A DNA stretch of 39,152 bases. Origin: a phage. Made by a program: the position numbers and the translations under genes. Below are positions 1 through 9,429 of the stretch, one piece after another. The notes below the pieces were generated by a model, which had not been told where the DNA came from, made no database searches, and saw only the letters and a list, made by a program, of their open reading frames with translations. The DNA lies in the sequence record PX759567.1. One strand, given 5' to 3'. Positions within the stretch are counted from its first letter, which is position 1, and each line of letters opens with the position of its first letter.

Positions 1-1843
1 CCTTGTGCTGTCACGATTGATTCACTCTAACCTGAAAGATACCGATATGGGTCTTCTGCGTTCCGGTAAGTTGCCGGGGAAACGCTTTGGGTCTCACGCT
101 CTGGAGGCGTGGGGCTATCGCTTGGGCGAGATGAAGGGTGAATACAAGGACGACTTTAAGCGTATGCTTGAAGAGCAGGGTGAAGAATACGTTGACGGAA
201 TGGAGTGGTGGAACTTCAACGAAGAGATGATGGACTATAACGTGCAGGACGTTGTGGTCACTAAGGCTCTCCTTGAGAAGCTACTCTCTGACAAACATTA
301 CTTCCCTCCTGAGATTGACTTTACGGACGTAGGATACACTACGTTCTGGTCAGAATCCCTTGAGGCCGTTGACGTTGAACATCGTGCTGCATGGCTGCTC
401 GCTAAGCAAGAGCGCAATGGGTTCCCGTTTGACACTAAAGCAATCGAAGAGTTGTACGTAGAGTTAGCTACTCGACGCTCTGAGTTGCTCCGTAAATTGA
501 CCGAAACGTTCGGCTCGTGGTATCAGCCTAAAGGTGGCACCGAAATGTTCTGCCATCCGAGGACCGGTAAGCCACTACCTAAATACCCTCGCATTAAGAC
601 ACCTAAAGTTGGTGGTATCTTTAAGAAGCCTAAGAACAAGGCACAGCGAGAGGGCCGTGAGCCTTGCGAACTGGATACCCGCGAGTACGTTGCTGGTGCC
701 CCTTATACTCCAGTAGAGCACGTGGTGTTTAACCCTTCGTCTCGTGACCACATCCAGAAGAAACTCCAAGAGGCTGGATGGGTCCCAACGAAGTACACCG
801 ATAAGGGTGCTCCTGTGGTGGACGATGAGGTACTCGAAGGAGTGCGTGTAGATGACCCTGAGAAGCAAGCTGCCATCGACCTCATTAAAGAGTACCTGAT
901 GATTCAGAAGAGAATCGGACAGTCTGCTGAGGGAGACAAGGCTTGGCTTCGTTACGTTGCTGAGGACGGTAAGATTCATGGTTCTGTTAATCCCAACGGC
1001 GCTGTTACTGGTCGTGCTACTCACGCTTTCCCTAACCTAGCACAGATACCCGGTGTCCGTTCTCCTTACGGGGAGCAATGTCGCGCTGCTTTTGGCGCTG
1101 AGCACCATTTGGATGGGCTAACTGGTAAGCCTTGGGTTCAGGCAGGTATCGACGCATCCGGCCTTGAGTTGCGCTGCTTGGCTCACTTCATGGCTCGATT
1201 TGATAACGGTGAGTACGCTCACGAGATTCTTAATGGCGACATCCACACTAAGAACCAGATAGCTGCTGAATTGCCTACCCGTGATAACGCTAAGACGTTC
1301 ATCTATGGGTTCCTCTATGGTGCTGGTGATGAGAAGATTGGACAGATTGTTGGTGCTGGTAAAGAGCGTGGTAAGGAACTCAAGAAGAAATTCCTTGAGA
1401 ACACCCCTGCGATTGCAGCACTCCGCGAGTCTATCCAACAGACACTTGTCGAGTCCTCTCAGTGGGTAGCTGGTGAGCAACAAGTCAAGTGGAAACGCCG
1501 CTGGATTAAAGGTCTGGATGGTCGTAAGGTACACGTTCGTAGTCCTCACGCTGCCTTGAATACACTACTGCAATCTGCTGGTGCTCTCATCTGCAAACTG
1601 TGGATTATCAAGACCGAAGAGATGCTCGTAGAGAAAGGCTTGAAGCATGGCTGGGATGGGGACTTTGCGTACATGGCATGGGTACACGATGAAATCCAAG
1701 TAGGTTGCCGTACCGAAGAGATTGCTCAGGTTGTTATTGAGACATCACAAGAAGCAATGCGCTGGGTTGGAGACCACTGGAACTTCCGGTGTCTTCTGGA
1801 TACCGAAGGTAAGATGGGCCCTAATTGGGCCGTATGTCACTGA
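1..1843 (+). CDS. 5: DNA polymerase gp5, 3' portion (gene wraps around window boundary)
   Basis: ORF 5..1843 matches T7 gp5 C-terminal 612 aa (ends MGPNWAVCH*); reading frame continues from 38881..39152 (272+1843 nt = 704 codons + stop). Confidence 0.95.
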   Translation, partial: LVLSRLIHSNLKDTDMGLLRSGKLPGKRFGSHALEAWGYRLGEMKGEYKDDFKRMLEEQGEEYVDGMEWWNFNEEMMDYNVQDVVVTKALLEKLLSDKHYFPPEIDFTDVGYTTFWSESLEAVDVEHRAAWLLAKQERNGFPFDTKAIEELYVELATRRSELLRKLTETFGSWYQPKGGTEMFCHPRTGKPLPKYPRIKTPKVGGIFKKPKNKAQREGREPCELDTREYVAGAPYTPVEHVVFNPSSRDHIQKKLQEAGWVPTKYTDKGAPVVDDEVLEGVRVDDPEKQAAIDLIKEYLMIQKRIGQSAEGDKAWLRYVAEDGKIHGSVNPNGAVTGRATHAFPNLAQIPGVRSPYGEQCRAAFGAEHHLDGLTGKPWVQAGIDASGLELRCLAHFMARFDNGEYAHEILNGDIHTKNQIAAELPTRDNAKTFIYGFLYGAGDEKIGQIVGAGKERGKELKKKFLENTPAIAALRESIQQTLVESSQWVAGEQQVKWKRRWIKGLDGRKVHVRSPHAALNTLLQSAGALICKLWIIKTEEMLVEKGLKHGWDGDFAYMAWVHDEIQVGCRTEEIAQVVIETSQEAMRWVGDHWNFRCLLDTEGKMGPNWAVCH

Positions 1844-1862
1844 TTCTAAAGGAGAAATTATT

Positions 1863-2165
1863 ATGGCTATCACTAAGAAATTTAAAGTGTCCTTCGACGT
1901 TACCGCTGTAATTACTAGCGAAGGTGAACAAAACCTACAAGACTACGTCATGCGAGTTGCCAAGGCAGTAGCCGCTGGTGAACAAGTTGATGACTTTAAG
2001 AAAGAGTTGCTTGTCCAAGCGTTGACGAATGGTCCTGAGGGCCTCGCTACGTTCCTGATTAAGCATGGACTTCGCTCATTCGTTAAGGATAGCTACAATG
2101 ACCTGAGCGAGTCTGAGCGTAAACTGATTCGACTCTCTCCTGCAACAGTACGGGAGGTGTTCTGA
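1863..2165 (+). CDS. 5.5: gene 5.5 protein (H-NS binding in T7)
   Basis: ATG at 1863 preceded by AAGGAG; translation MAITKKFKVSFDV...ATVREVF; position directly after gene 5. Confidence 0.85.
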   Translation: MAITKKFKVSFDVTAVITSEGEQNLQDYVMRVAKAVAAGEQVDDFKKELLVQALTNGPEGLATFLIKHGLRSFVKDSYNDLSESERKLIRLSPATVREVF

Positions 2166-2374
2166 TGTCTGACTATCTGAAAGTGCTGCAAGCAATCAAA
2201 GGTTGCCCTAAGACTTTCCAGTCCAACTATGTACGGAACAATGCGAGCCTCGTAGCGGAGGCCGCTTCCCGTGGGCACATCTCGTGCCTGACTACTAGTG
2301 GGCGTAACGGTGGCGCTTGGGAAATTACCGCTTCCGGTACTCGCTTTCTTAAACGAATGGGAGGGTGTGTCTAA
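2165..2374 (+). CDS. 5.7: gene 5.7 protein
   Basis: 69-aa ORF, start overlaps 5.5 stop (TGATG); same length as T7 gp5.7. Confidence 0.85.
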   Translation: MSDYLKVLQAIKGCPKTFQSNYVRNNASLVAEAASRGHISCLTTSGRNGGAWEITASGTRFLKRMGGCV

Positions 2375-2532
2375 TGTCTCGTGACCTTGTGACTATTCCG
2401 CGCGATGTGTGGGACGATATGCAGGGCTACATCGACTCTCTGGAACGTGAGAACGATAGCCTTAAGAATCAACTGATGGAAGCTGACGAATACGTGGCTG
2501 AGCTAGAGGAGAAACTTAATGGCACTTCTTGA
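2374..2532 (+). CDS. 5.9: gene 5.9 protein, RecBCD inhibitor
   Basis: 52-aa ORF MSRDLVTIPRDVWDDMQGYIDSLERENDSLKNQLMEADEYVAELEEKLNGTS; below ORF-track cutoff, found by reading. Confidence 0.85.
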   Translation: MSRDLVTIPRDVWDDMQGYIDSLERENDSLKNQLMEADEYVAELEEKLNGTS

Positions 2533-3421
2533 CCTTAAACAATTCTACGAGTTACGTGAAGGCTGTGACGACAAGGGTATCCTCGTTATGGACGGCGACT
2601 GGCTGGTCTTCCAAGCGATGAGTGCTGCTGAGTTTGATGCCTCATGGGAGGAAGAGATTTGGCACCGCTGCTGCGACCACGCTAAGGCCCGTCAGATTCT
2701 GGAGGATTCCATCAAGTCCTACGAGACCCGTAAGAAGGCTTGGGTAGGTGCTCCGATTGTCCTTGCGTTCACCGATAGTGTTAACTGGCGGAAAGAACTG
2801 GTTGACCCGAACTACAAGGCTAACCGCAAGGCCACTAAGAAACCTGTAGGTTACTTTGAGTTCCTTGAGGCGCTCTTTGAGCGTGAAGAGTTCTATTGCA
2901 TCCGTGAGCCTATGCTTGAAGGTGATGACGTTATGGGGGTTATTGCTTCCAATCCGTCTGCATTCGGTGCGCGTAAGGCTGTAATCATCTCGTGCGATAA
3001 GGACTTTAAGACCATCCCTAACTGTGACTTCCTGTGGTGTACCACTGGTAACATCCTAACTCAGACAGAAGAGTCCGCTGATTGGTGGCACCTCTTCCAG
3101 ACAATCAAGGGTGACATTACCGATGGTTACTCTGGGATTGCCGGATGGGGCGATACTGCCGAGGACTTCTTGAATAACCCGTTCATAACCGAGCCTAAAA
3201 CGTCTGTGCTTAAGTCTGGGAAGAACAAAGGCCAAGAGGTTACTAAATGGGTTAAACGCGACCCTGAGCCTCATGAGACGCTTTGGGACTGCATTAAGTC
3301 CATTGGAGCTAAGGCTGGTATGACCGAAGAGGATATTATCAAGCAGGGCCAGATGGCTCGCATCCTGCGGTTCAACGAGTACAACTTTATCGACAAGGAG
3401 ATTTACCTGTGGAGACCGTAG
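2519..3421 (+). CDS. 6: 5'-3' exonuclease gp6
   Basis: 300-aa ORF, essentially identical to T7 gp6 as recalled. Confidence 0.95.
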   Translation: MALLDLKQFYELREGCDDKGILVMDGDWLVFQAMSAAEFDASWEEEIWHRCCDHAKARQILEDSIKSYETRKKAWVGAPIVLAFTDSVNWRKELVDPNYKANRKATKKPVGYFEFLEALFEREEFYCIREPMLEGDDVMGVIASNPSAFGARKAVIISCDKDFKTIPNCDFLWCTTGNILTQTEESADWWHLFQTIKGDITDGYSGIAGWGDTAEDFLNNPFITEPKTSVLKSGKNKGQEVTKWVKRDPEPHETLWDCIKSIGAKAGMTEEDIIKQGQMARILRFNEYNFIDKEIYLWRP

Positions 3422-3522
3422 CGTATATCGGCATTGGTCTTTGTGGTCTCGGAGTGTGCCTCATTTCGTGGGGCCTTTGGGACTTAGCCAGAATAATCAA
3501 GTCGTTACACGACACTAAGTGA
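3409..3522 (+). CDS. 6.3: gene 6.3 small protein
   Basis: GTG-initiated 37-codon ORF overlapping end of gene 6, ...IGIGLCGLGVCLISWGLWDLARIIKSLHDTK. Confidence 0.6.
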   Translation: METVAYIGIGLCGLGVCLISWGLWDLARIIKSLHDTK

Positions 3523-3524
3523 TA

Positions 3525-3590
3525 AACTCAAGGTCCCTAAATTAATACGACTCACTATAGGGAGATAGGGGCCTTTATGATTATTACTTT
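3525..3590 (+). promoter_or_regulatory. RNase III processing site R6.5 (hairpin around phi6.5)
   Basis: ACTCAAGGTC ... GGCCTTTATGATT arms typical of T7 RNase III sites. Confidence 0.6.
3543..3565 (+). promoter_or_regulatory. T7 RNAP promoter phi6.5
   Basis: exact TAATACGACTCACTATAGGGAGA. Confidence 0.9.
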
Positions 3591-3619
3591 AAGATTTAAC
3601 TCTAAGAGGAATCTTTATC

Positions 3620-3874
3620 ATGTTAACACCTATTAACCAATTACTTAAGAACCCTAACGATATTCCAGATGTACCTCGTGCAACCGCTGAGTATCTACAG
3701 GTTCGATTCAACTATGCGTACCTCGAAGCGTCTGGTCATATAGGACTTATGCGTGCTAATGGTTGTAGTGAGGCCCACATCTTGGGTTTCATTCAGGGCC
3801 TACAGTATGCCTCTAACGTCATTGACGAGATTGAGTTACGCAAGGAACAACTAAGAGATGATGGGGAGGATTGA
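3620..3874 (+). CDS. 6.5: gene 6.5 protein
   Basis: 84-aa ORF, position and sequence as T7 gp6.5. Confidence 0.8.
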
Positions 3875-3878
3875 CACT

Positions 3879-4145
3879 ATGTGTTTCTCACCGAAAATTA
3901 AAACTCCGAAGATGGATACCAATCAGATTCGAGCCGTTGAGCCAGCGCCTCTGACCCAAGAAGTGTCAAGCGTGGAGTTCGGTGGGTCTTCTGATGAGAC
4001 GGATACCGAAGGCACCGAAGTGTCTGGACGCAAAGGCCTCAAGGTCGAACGCGATGATTCCGTAGCGAAGTCTAAAGCCAGTGGTACTGGTTCAGCTCGT
4101 ATGAAATCTTCAATCCGTAAGTCCGCATTTGGAGGCAAGAAGTGA
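3879..4145 (+). CDS. 6.7: gene 6.7 virion protein
   Basis: 88 aa from ATG 3879 (MCFSPKIKTPK...). Confidence 0.8.
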   Translation: MCFSPKIKTPKMDTNQIRAVEPAPLTQEVSSVEFGGSSDETDTEGTEVSGRKGLKVERDDSVAKSKASGTGSARMKSSIRKSAFGGKK

Positions 4146-4537
4146 TGTACGAAGTTATCGACTGTGAGAGTCGCTTTCCGGCAACCATTTGGTCAGTCCG
4201 TCAGTTGGGTCTCCCTAAGGGATTCTCTGGGGAAGTGACGTATAGTCTCTACGTAGACGAAGTTATGGATGCCTCTGGTCTTGAAGAGTCCTTTGTGGTT
4301 GACTCTCAGGGTCGAAAGGTTGCGTACTTTGCGTGGAGCGTTGGCGCTGATGCGCATCATAAAGGGGACATTCTGGACCTGAACAGCGTGGTGATTAATC
4401 CCTACGTCGAAGCTCCGGGAATCCAGAAGTTCCTGAGTAAGCACTTCAAGACGCTGGCGAAGCTGAACGATTGTGCTTGGGTGTCCCGTTGCAAACACGA
4501 AGATGGGACTTTGAGAATTTACTTTAAGGAGGTTTAA
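4142..4537 (+). CDS. 7: gene 7 virion/host-range protein
   Basis: 131-aa ORF between 6.7 and 7.3; GTG 4142 or ATG 4145 start. Confidence 0.75.
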   Translation: MMYEVIDCESRFPATIWSVRQLGLPKGFSGEVTYSLYVDEVMDASGLEESFVVDSQGRKVAYFAWSVGADAHHKGDILDLNSVVINPYVEAPGIQKFLSKHFKTLAKLNDCAWVSRCKHEDGTLRIYFKEV

Positions 4538-4539
4538 TC

Positions 4540-4818
4540 ATGGGTAAGGTAGTTAAGAAAGTCAAGAAGGCAGTTAAGAAAGTTGCTAAGGAAGTGACCC
4601 GCCCGGTTAAACAGGTTGCTGGTGCGCTGGCTGGTGGTATTGGTGAAGCACAGGCAGTGGAAGCTCCACAGGCTGCTGCACCGATTGTTGACGTACCTGA
4701 GAAAGAGGTTTCCACTGAGGACGAAGCACAGACCGAAAGCGGACGCAAGAAAGCTCGTGCTGGCGGTAAGAAGTCCTTGAGTGTAGCCCGTAGCTCCGGT
4801 GGCGGCATCAACATTTGA
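4540..4818 (+). CDS. 7.3: gene 7.3 tail protein
   Basis: 92-aa Lys/Ala-rich ORF MGKVVKKVKKAVKK... Confidence 0.8.
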   Translation: MGKVVKKVKKAVKKVAKEVTRPVKQVAGALAGGIGEAQAVEAPQAAAPIVDVPEKEVSTEDEAQTESGRKKARAGGKKSLSVARSSGGGINI

Positions 4819-4832
4819 ACAGGAGGTGACAC

Positions 4833-6443
4833 ATGGCTGAGAAGCGTACAGGTCTAGCCGAGGAAGGCGCAAAGTCGGTCTATGAGAGATTAAAGAACGA
4901 CCGTGCTCCTTATGAGACTCGTGCTCAAAACTGCGCTCAGTACACCATTCCGTCCCTCTTCCCTAAGGATTCCGACAACTCATCCACAGACTACACAACT
5001 CCGTGGCAAGCTGTGGGTGCTCGCGGTCTCAATAACTTGGCCTCTAAGCTCATGCTGGCTCTCTTCCCGATGCAAACGTGGATGAAACTGACCATCTCTG
5101 AGTATGAGGCGAAACAGTTACTGAACGACCCCGATGGACTCGCTAAGGTCGATGAGGGTCTCTCGATGGTAGAGCGTATCATCATGAACTACATTGAGTC
5201 TAACAGTTACCGAGTGACTCTCTTTGAGGCTCTAAAACAGTTAGTCGTAGCTGGTAACGTCCTGCTGTACCTACCGGAACCGGAAGGGTCAAACTACAAT
5301 CCCATGAAGCTGTATCGATTGTCTTCTTATGTGGTCCAACGAGACGCATTCGGCAACGTTCTACAAATGGTGACTCGTGACCAGATAGCTTTCGGTGCTC
5401 TCCCTGAGGATATCCGTAAGGCTGTAGAAGGCAAAGGTGGAGAGAAGAAAGCCGATGAGACAATCGATGTGTACACTCACATCTATCTTGACGAAGACTC
5501 TGGTGAGTATGTCCGATACGAAGAGGTAGAGGGTATGGAAGTACAAGGCTCCGATGGGTCTTACCCTAAAGAGGCTTGCCCATACATCCCGATTCGTATG
5601 GTTCGACTGGACGGAGAATCCTACGGTCGTTCATACATTGAGGAATATTTAGGTGACTTACGGTCCCTTGAGAACCTCCAAGAGGCTATCGTTAAGATGT
5701 CCATGATTAGCTCTAAGGTTATCGGCTTAGTGAATCCTGCTGGTATCACCCAGCCACGCCGACTGACCAAAGCTCAGACCGGCGACTTCGTTACTGGTCG
5801 TCCAGAAGACATCTCGTTCCTCCAACTGGAGAAGCAAGCAGACTTCACTGTGGCTAAAGCCGTAAGTGACGCTATCGAGGCTCGCCTTTCGTTTGCCTTT
5901 ATGTTGAACTCTGCGGTTCAGCGCACAGGTGAACGTGTGACCGCCGAAGAGATTCGGTATGTAGCTTCTGAACTTGAAGATACTTTAGGCGGTGTCTACT
6001 CTATCCTTTCTCAAGAATTACAATTGCCTCTGGTACGAGTGCTCTTGAAGCAACTACAAGCCACGCAACAGATTCCTGAGTTACCTAAGGAAGCCGTAGA
6101 GCCGACCATTAGTACAGGTCTGGAAGCAATCGGTCGTGGTCAAGACCTTGATAAGCTGGAGCGGTGTGTCGCTGCGTGGGCTGCACTGGCTCCTATGCGT
6201 GATGACCCTGACATCAACCTTGCGATGATTAAGCTGCGAATTGCTAACGCTATCGGTATTGACACTTCTGGTATCCTTCTTACCGAAGAACAGAAGCAAC
6301 AGAAGATGGCTCAACAGTCTATGCAAATGGGTATGGATAATGGTGCCGCTGCGCTGGCTCAAGGTATGGCTGCACAGGCTACAGCTTCACCTGAGGCTAT
6401 GGTTGCTGCCGCTGATTCCGTAGGTCTACAGCCGGGCATTTAA
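4833..6443 (+). CDS. 8: head-tail connector (portal) gp8
   Basis: 536-aa ORF, same length as T7 gp8; RBS AGGAGG upstream. Confidence 0.95.
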   Translation: MAEKRTGLAEEGAKSVYERLKNDRAPYETRAQNCAQYTIPSLFPKDSDNSSTDYTTPWQAVGARGLNNLASKLMLALFPMQTWMKLTISEYEAKQLLNDPDGLAKVDEGLSMVERIIMNYIESNSYRVTLFEALKQLVVAGNVLLYLPEPEGSNYNPMKLYRLSSYVVQRDAFGNVLQMVTRDQIAFGALPEDIRKAVEGKGGEKKADETIDVYTHIYLDEDSGEYVRYEEVEGMEVQGSDGSYPKEACPYIPIRMVRLDGESYGRSYIEEYLGDLRSLENLQEAIVKMSMISSKVIGLVNPAGITQPRRLTKAQTGDFVTGRPEDISFLQLEKQADFTVAKAVSDAIEARLSFAFMLNSAVQRTGERVTAEEIRYVASELEDTLGGVYSILSQELQLPLVRVLLKQLQATQQIPELPKEAVEPTISTGLEAIGRGQDLDKLERCVAAWAALAPMRDDPDINLAMIKLRIANAIGIDTSGILLTEEQKQQKMAQQSMQMGMDNGAAALAQGMAAQATASPEAMVAAADSVGLQPGI

Positions 6444-6463
6444 TACGACTCACTATAGGGAGA
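6441..6463 (+). promoter_or_regulatory. T7 RNAP promoter phi9
   Basis: exact consensus 23-mer overlapping gene 8 stop. Confidence 0.9.
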
Positions 6464-6542
6464 CCTCATCTTTGAAATGAGCGACGACAAGAGGTTGGAG
6501 TCCTCGGTCTTCCTGTAGTTCAACTTTAAGGAGACAATAATA

Positions 6543-7463
6543 ATGGCTGAATCTAATGCAGACGTATATGCATCTTTTGGCGTGAACTCCGCTGTGATGT
6601 CTGGTGGTTCCGTTGAGGAACATGAGCAGAACATGCTGGCTCTTGATGTTGCTGCCCGTGATGGCGATGATGCAATCGAGTTAGCGTCCGACGAAGTGGA
6701 AACAGAACGCGACCTGTATGACAACTCTGACCCATTCGGTCAAGAGGATGATGAGGGCCGCATTCAGGTTCGTATTGGCGATGGCTCCGAGCCGACAGAT
6801 GTGGACACTGGAGAAGGCGTTGAGGGCACCGAAGGTTACGAAGAGTTTACCCCGCTGGGTGAGACTCCAGAAGAACTGGTAGCTGCCTCTGAGCAACTTG
6901 GTGAGCACGAAGAGGGCTTCCAAGAGATGATTAATATTGCTGCCGAGCGTGGCATGAGTGTCGAGACCATTGAGGCTATCCAGCGTGAGTACGAGGAGAA
7001 CGAAGAGTTGTCCGCTGAGTCCTACGCTAAGCTGGCTGAAATTGGCTACACGAAGGCTTTCATTGACTCGTATATCCGTGGTCAAGAAGCTCTGGTGGAG
7101 CAGTACGTAAACAGTGTCATTGAGTACGCTGGTGGTCGTGAACGTTTTGACGCACTGTATAATCACCTTGAGACGCACAACCCTGAGGCTGCACAGTCGC
7201 TGGACAATGCGTTGACCAATCGTGACTTAGCGACCGTTAAGGCTATCATCAACTTGGCTGGTGAGTCTCGCGCTAAGGCGTTTGGTCGTAAGCCAACTCG
7301 TAGTGTGACTAATCGTGCTATTCCGGCTAAACCTCAGGCTACCAAGCGTGAAGGCTTTGCGGACCGTAGCGAGATGATTAAAGCTATGAGTGACCCTCGG
7401 TATCGCACAGATGCCAACTATCGTCGTCAAGTCGAACAGAAAGTAATCGATTCGAACTTCTGA
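6543..7463 (+). CDS. 9: capsid assembly (scaffolding) protein gp9
   Basis: 306-aa acidic ORF matching T7 gp9. Confidence 0.95.
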   Translation: MAESNADVYASFGVNSAVMSGGSVEEHEQNMLALDVAARDGDDAIELASDEVETERDLYDNSDPFGQEDDEGRIQVRIGDGSEPTDVDTGEGVEGTEGYEEFTPLGETPEELVAASEQLGEHEEGFQEMINIAAERGMSVETIEAIQREYEENEELSAESYAKLAEIGYTKAFIDSYIRGQEALVEQYVNSVIEYAGGRERFDALYNHLETHNPEAAQSLDNALTNRDLATVKAIINLAGESRAKAFGRKPTRSVTNRAIPAKPQATKREGFADRSEMIKAMSDPRYRTDANYRRQVEQKVIDSNF

Positions 7464-7476
7464 TAGACTCCGAAAT

Positions 7477-7499
7477 TAATACGACTCACTATAGGGAGA
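7477..7499 (+). promoter_or_regulatory. T7 RNAP promoter phi10
   Basis: exact consensus followed by gene 10 leader (GGGAGACCACAACGGTTTCCC, AAGGAG, CATATG). Confidence 0.9.
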
Positions 7500-7561
7500 C
7501 CACAACGGTTTCCCTCTAGAAATCATTCTTTGTTTAACTTTCTTAAGAAGGAGACATACAT

Positions 7562-8599
7562 ATGGCTAACATGACTGGTGGACAGCAAATGGGTACTAAC
7601 CAAGGTAAAGGCGTAAGTACTGGTGGTGCCGATAAACTGGCGCTGTTCTTGAAGGTATTTGGCGGTGAAGTCCTGACTGCATTCGCTCGTACCTCCGTGA
7701 CTACCTCTCGTCACATGGTACGCTCCATCTCCAGCGGTAAATCAGCTCAGTTCCCTGTTCTGGGTCGCACTCAGGCAGCGTATCTGGCTCCGGGTGAGAA
7801 CCTCGACGATAAACGCAAAGACATCAAGCACACCGAAAAGGTAATCACCATTGATGGTCTCCTGACGGCTGACGTTCTGATTTACGATATTGAGGACGCG
7901 ATGAACCACTACGACGTTCGCTCTGAGTATACCTCTCAGTTAGGTGAATCTCTGGCGATGGCTGCTGACGGTGCTGTTCTGGCTGAGATTGCCGGTCTGT
8001 GTAACTTGACGAGCGCCCAGAACGAGAACATTGAGGGCTTAGGTGCTGCTACTGTAATTGAGACCACTCAGGCCAAGACTGCCCTTACCGACCAAGTTGC
8101 TCTTGGTAAGGAGATTATTGCGGCTCTGACTAAAGCTCGTGCGGCTCTGACCAAGAACTATGTTCCGGCTGCTGACCGCGTGTTCTACTGTGACCCAGAT
8201 AGCTACTCTGCGATTCTGGCAGCACTGATGCCGAACGCGGCAAACTACGCTGCGCTGATTGACCCTGAGAAGGGTTCTATCCGCAACGTTATGGGCTTTG
8301 AGGTTGTAGAAGTTCCGCACCTCACTGCTGGTGGCGCTGGCACCGCTCGCGATGGTACTGCTGGTCAGAAGCACGCCTTCCCCGAAGGCGTTGGCGATAA
8401 CAACAAGGTGGATAAAGTCAACGTTATCGGCCTGTTCATGCATCGTTCTGCGGTTGGTACTGTGAAGCTGCGTGACTTGGCTCTGGAACGTGCTCGTCGA
8501 GCTAACTTCCAAGCGGACCAGATTATCGCTAAGTACGCAATGGGCCACGGTGGTCTGCGCCCAGAAGCTGCTGGTGCAGTGGTTTTCAAAGCGGGGTAA
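7562..8599 (+). CDS. 10A: major capsid protein 10A
   Basis: 345-aa ORF MANMTGGQQMGTNQGKG..., same length as T7 gp10A. Confidence 0.97.
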   Translation: MANMTGGQQMGTNQGKGVSTGGADKLALFLKVFGGEVLTAFARTSVTTSRHMVRSISSGKSAQFPVLGRTQAAYLAPGENLDDKRKDIKHTEKVITIDGLLTADVLIYDIEDAMNHYDVRSEYTSQLGESLAMAADGAVLAEIAGLCNLTSAQNENIEGLGAATVIETTQAKTALTDQVALGKEIIAALTKARAALTKNYVPAADRVFYCDPDSYSAILAALMPNAANYAALIDPEKGSIRNVMGFEVVEVPHLTAGGAGTARDGTAGQKHAFPEGVGDNNKVDKVNVIGLFMHRSAVGTVKLRDLALERARRANFQADQIIAKYAMGHGGLRPEAAGAVVFKAG

Positions 8600-8751
8600 T
8601 GCAGGAAGTGACCTCAACGGTCGCTGCTAGTCCCGAAGAGGTAAGCATTACCGCCGAAGAGAGTCTAACGCCAGCACAAAAAGCTGCCCGTACACGCGCT
8701 GCCAACAAAGCCCGAAAGGAAGCTGAATTGGCTGCTGGCACTGACGAGTAA
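7562..8751 (+). CDS. 10B: minor capsid protein 10B via -1 ribosomal frameshift near 8570-8585
   Basis: -1 frame after GGTTTTC stays open: ...QSGVMQEVTSTVAASPEEVSITAEESLTPAQKAARTRAANKARKEAELAAGTDE*, ending 8751. Confidence 0.75.
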
Positions 8752-8757
8752 CTAGCA

Positions 8758-8797
8758 TAACCCCTTGGGGCCTCTAAACGGGTCTTGAGGGGTTTTT
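8758..8797 (+). terminator. T7 RNAP terminator Tphi
   Basis: AACCCCTTGGGGCCTCTAAACGGGTCTTGAGGGG hairpin followed by TTTTT. Confidence 0.85.
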
Positions 8798-8818
8798 GCT
8801 TAAAGGAGGAGGAACTAT

Positions 8819-9409
8819 ATGCGCTCATACGATATGAACGTTGAGACTGCCGCTGAGTTATCCGCTGTGAACGACATTCTGGCATCTATCGGAGAACCTC
8901 CGGTATCAACGCTGGAAGGTGACGCTAATGCGGATGTAGCGAACGCTCGGCGTATTCTCAACAAGATTAACCGACAGATTCAGTCTCGCGGCTGGACGTT
9001 CAACATTGAGGAAGGCATAACGCTACTACCTGATGTTTACTCCAACCTGATTGTATACAGTGACGATTATTTATCCCTAATGGCTACTTCTGGTCAATCC
9101 ATCTACGTGAACCGAGGTGGCTACGTCTATGACCGAACGAGTCAATCAGACCGCTTTGAGTCCGGTATTACCGTGAACATTATTCGTCTCCGAGACTACG
9201 ATGAGATGCCTGAGTGCTTCCGCTACTGGATTGTCACCAAGGCTTCCCGTCAGTTCAACAACCGATTCTTTGGGGCACCGGAAGTAGAGGGTGTACTCCA
9301 AGAAGAGGAAGATGAGGCTCGACGTCTCTGTATGGAGTACGAAGTGGACTACGGTGGGTACAATATGCTGGATGGCGATGCGTTCACTTCTGGTCTACTG
9401 ACTCGCTAA
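8819..9409 (+). CDS. 11: tail tubular protein A gp11
   Basis: 196-aa ORF, same length as T7 gp11. Confidence 0.95.
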   Translation: MRSYDMNVETAAELSAVNDILASIGEPPVSTLEGDANADVANARRILNKINRQIQSRGWTFNIEEGITLLPDVYSNLIVYSDDYLSLMATSGQSIYVNRGGYVYDRTSQSDRFESGITVNIIRLRDYDEMPECFRYWIVTKASRQFNNRFFGAPEVEGVLQEEEDEARRLCMEYEVDYGGYNMLDGDAFTSGLLTR

Positions 9410-9429
9410 TAATAAATAAGGAGGCTCTA

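Noticed and set aside
575-1024. 149-aa ORF on the minus strand inside gene 5; the same applies to other minus-strand ORFs (1118..1549, 8039..8617, 13108..13650, 18185..18538, 34427..34957, 38132..38680 and others)
   Set aside because: All lie antisense within conserved, well-supported + strand genes, lack obvious RBS or promoters, and T7-group genomes are transcribed entirely from one strand; treated as chance ORFs.
1722-1862. Upstream extension of the gene 5.5 ORF to 1722 (147 aa)
   Set aside because: The extension overlaps the end of gene 5 out of frame; the RBS-proximal ATG at 1863 gives the T7-like protein.
7477-7565. Expression-vector-like sequence (T7 promoter, TCTAGAAAT, AAGGAG, CATATG), considered as possible cloning-vector contamination
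   Set aside because: This is the native phi10 / gene 10 leader from which such vectors were derived; it is embedded in intact phage context and differs at several positions from the vector version.
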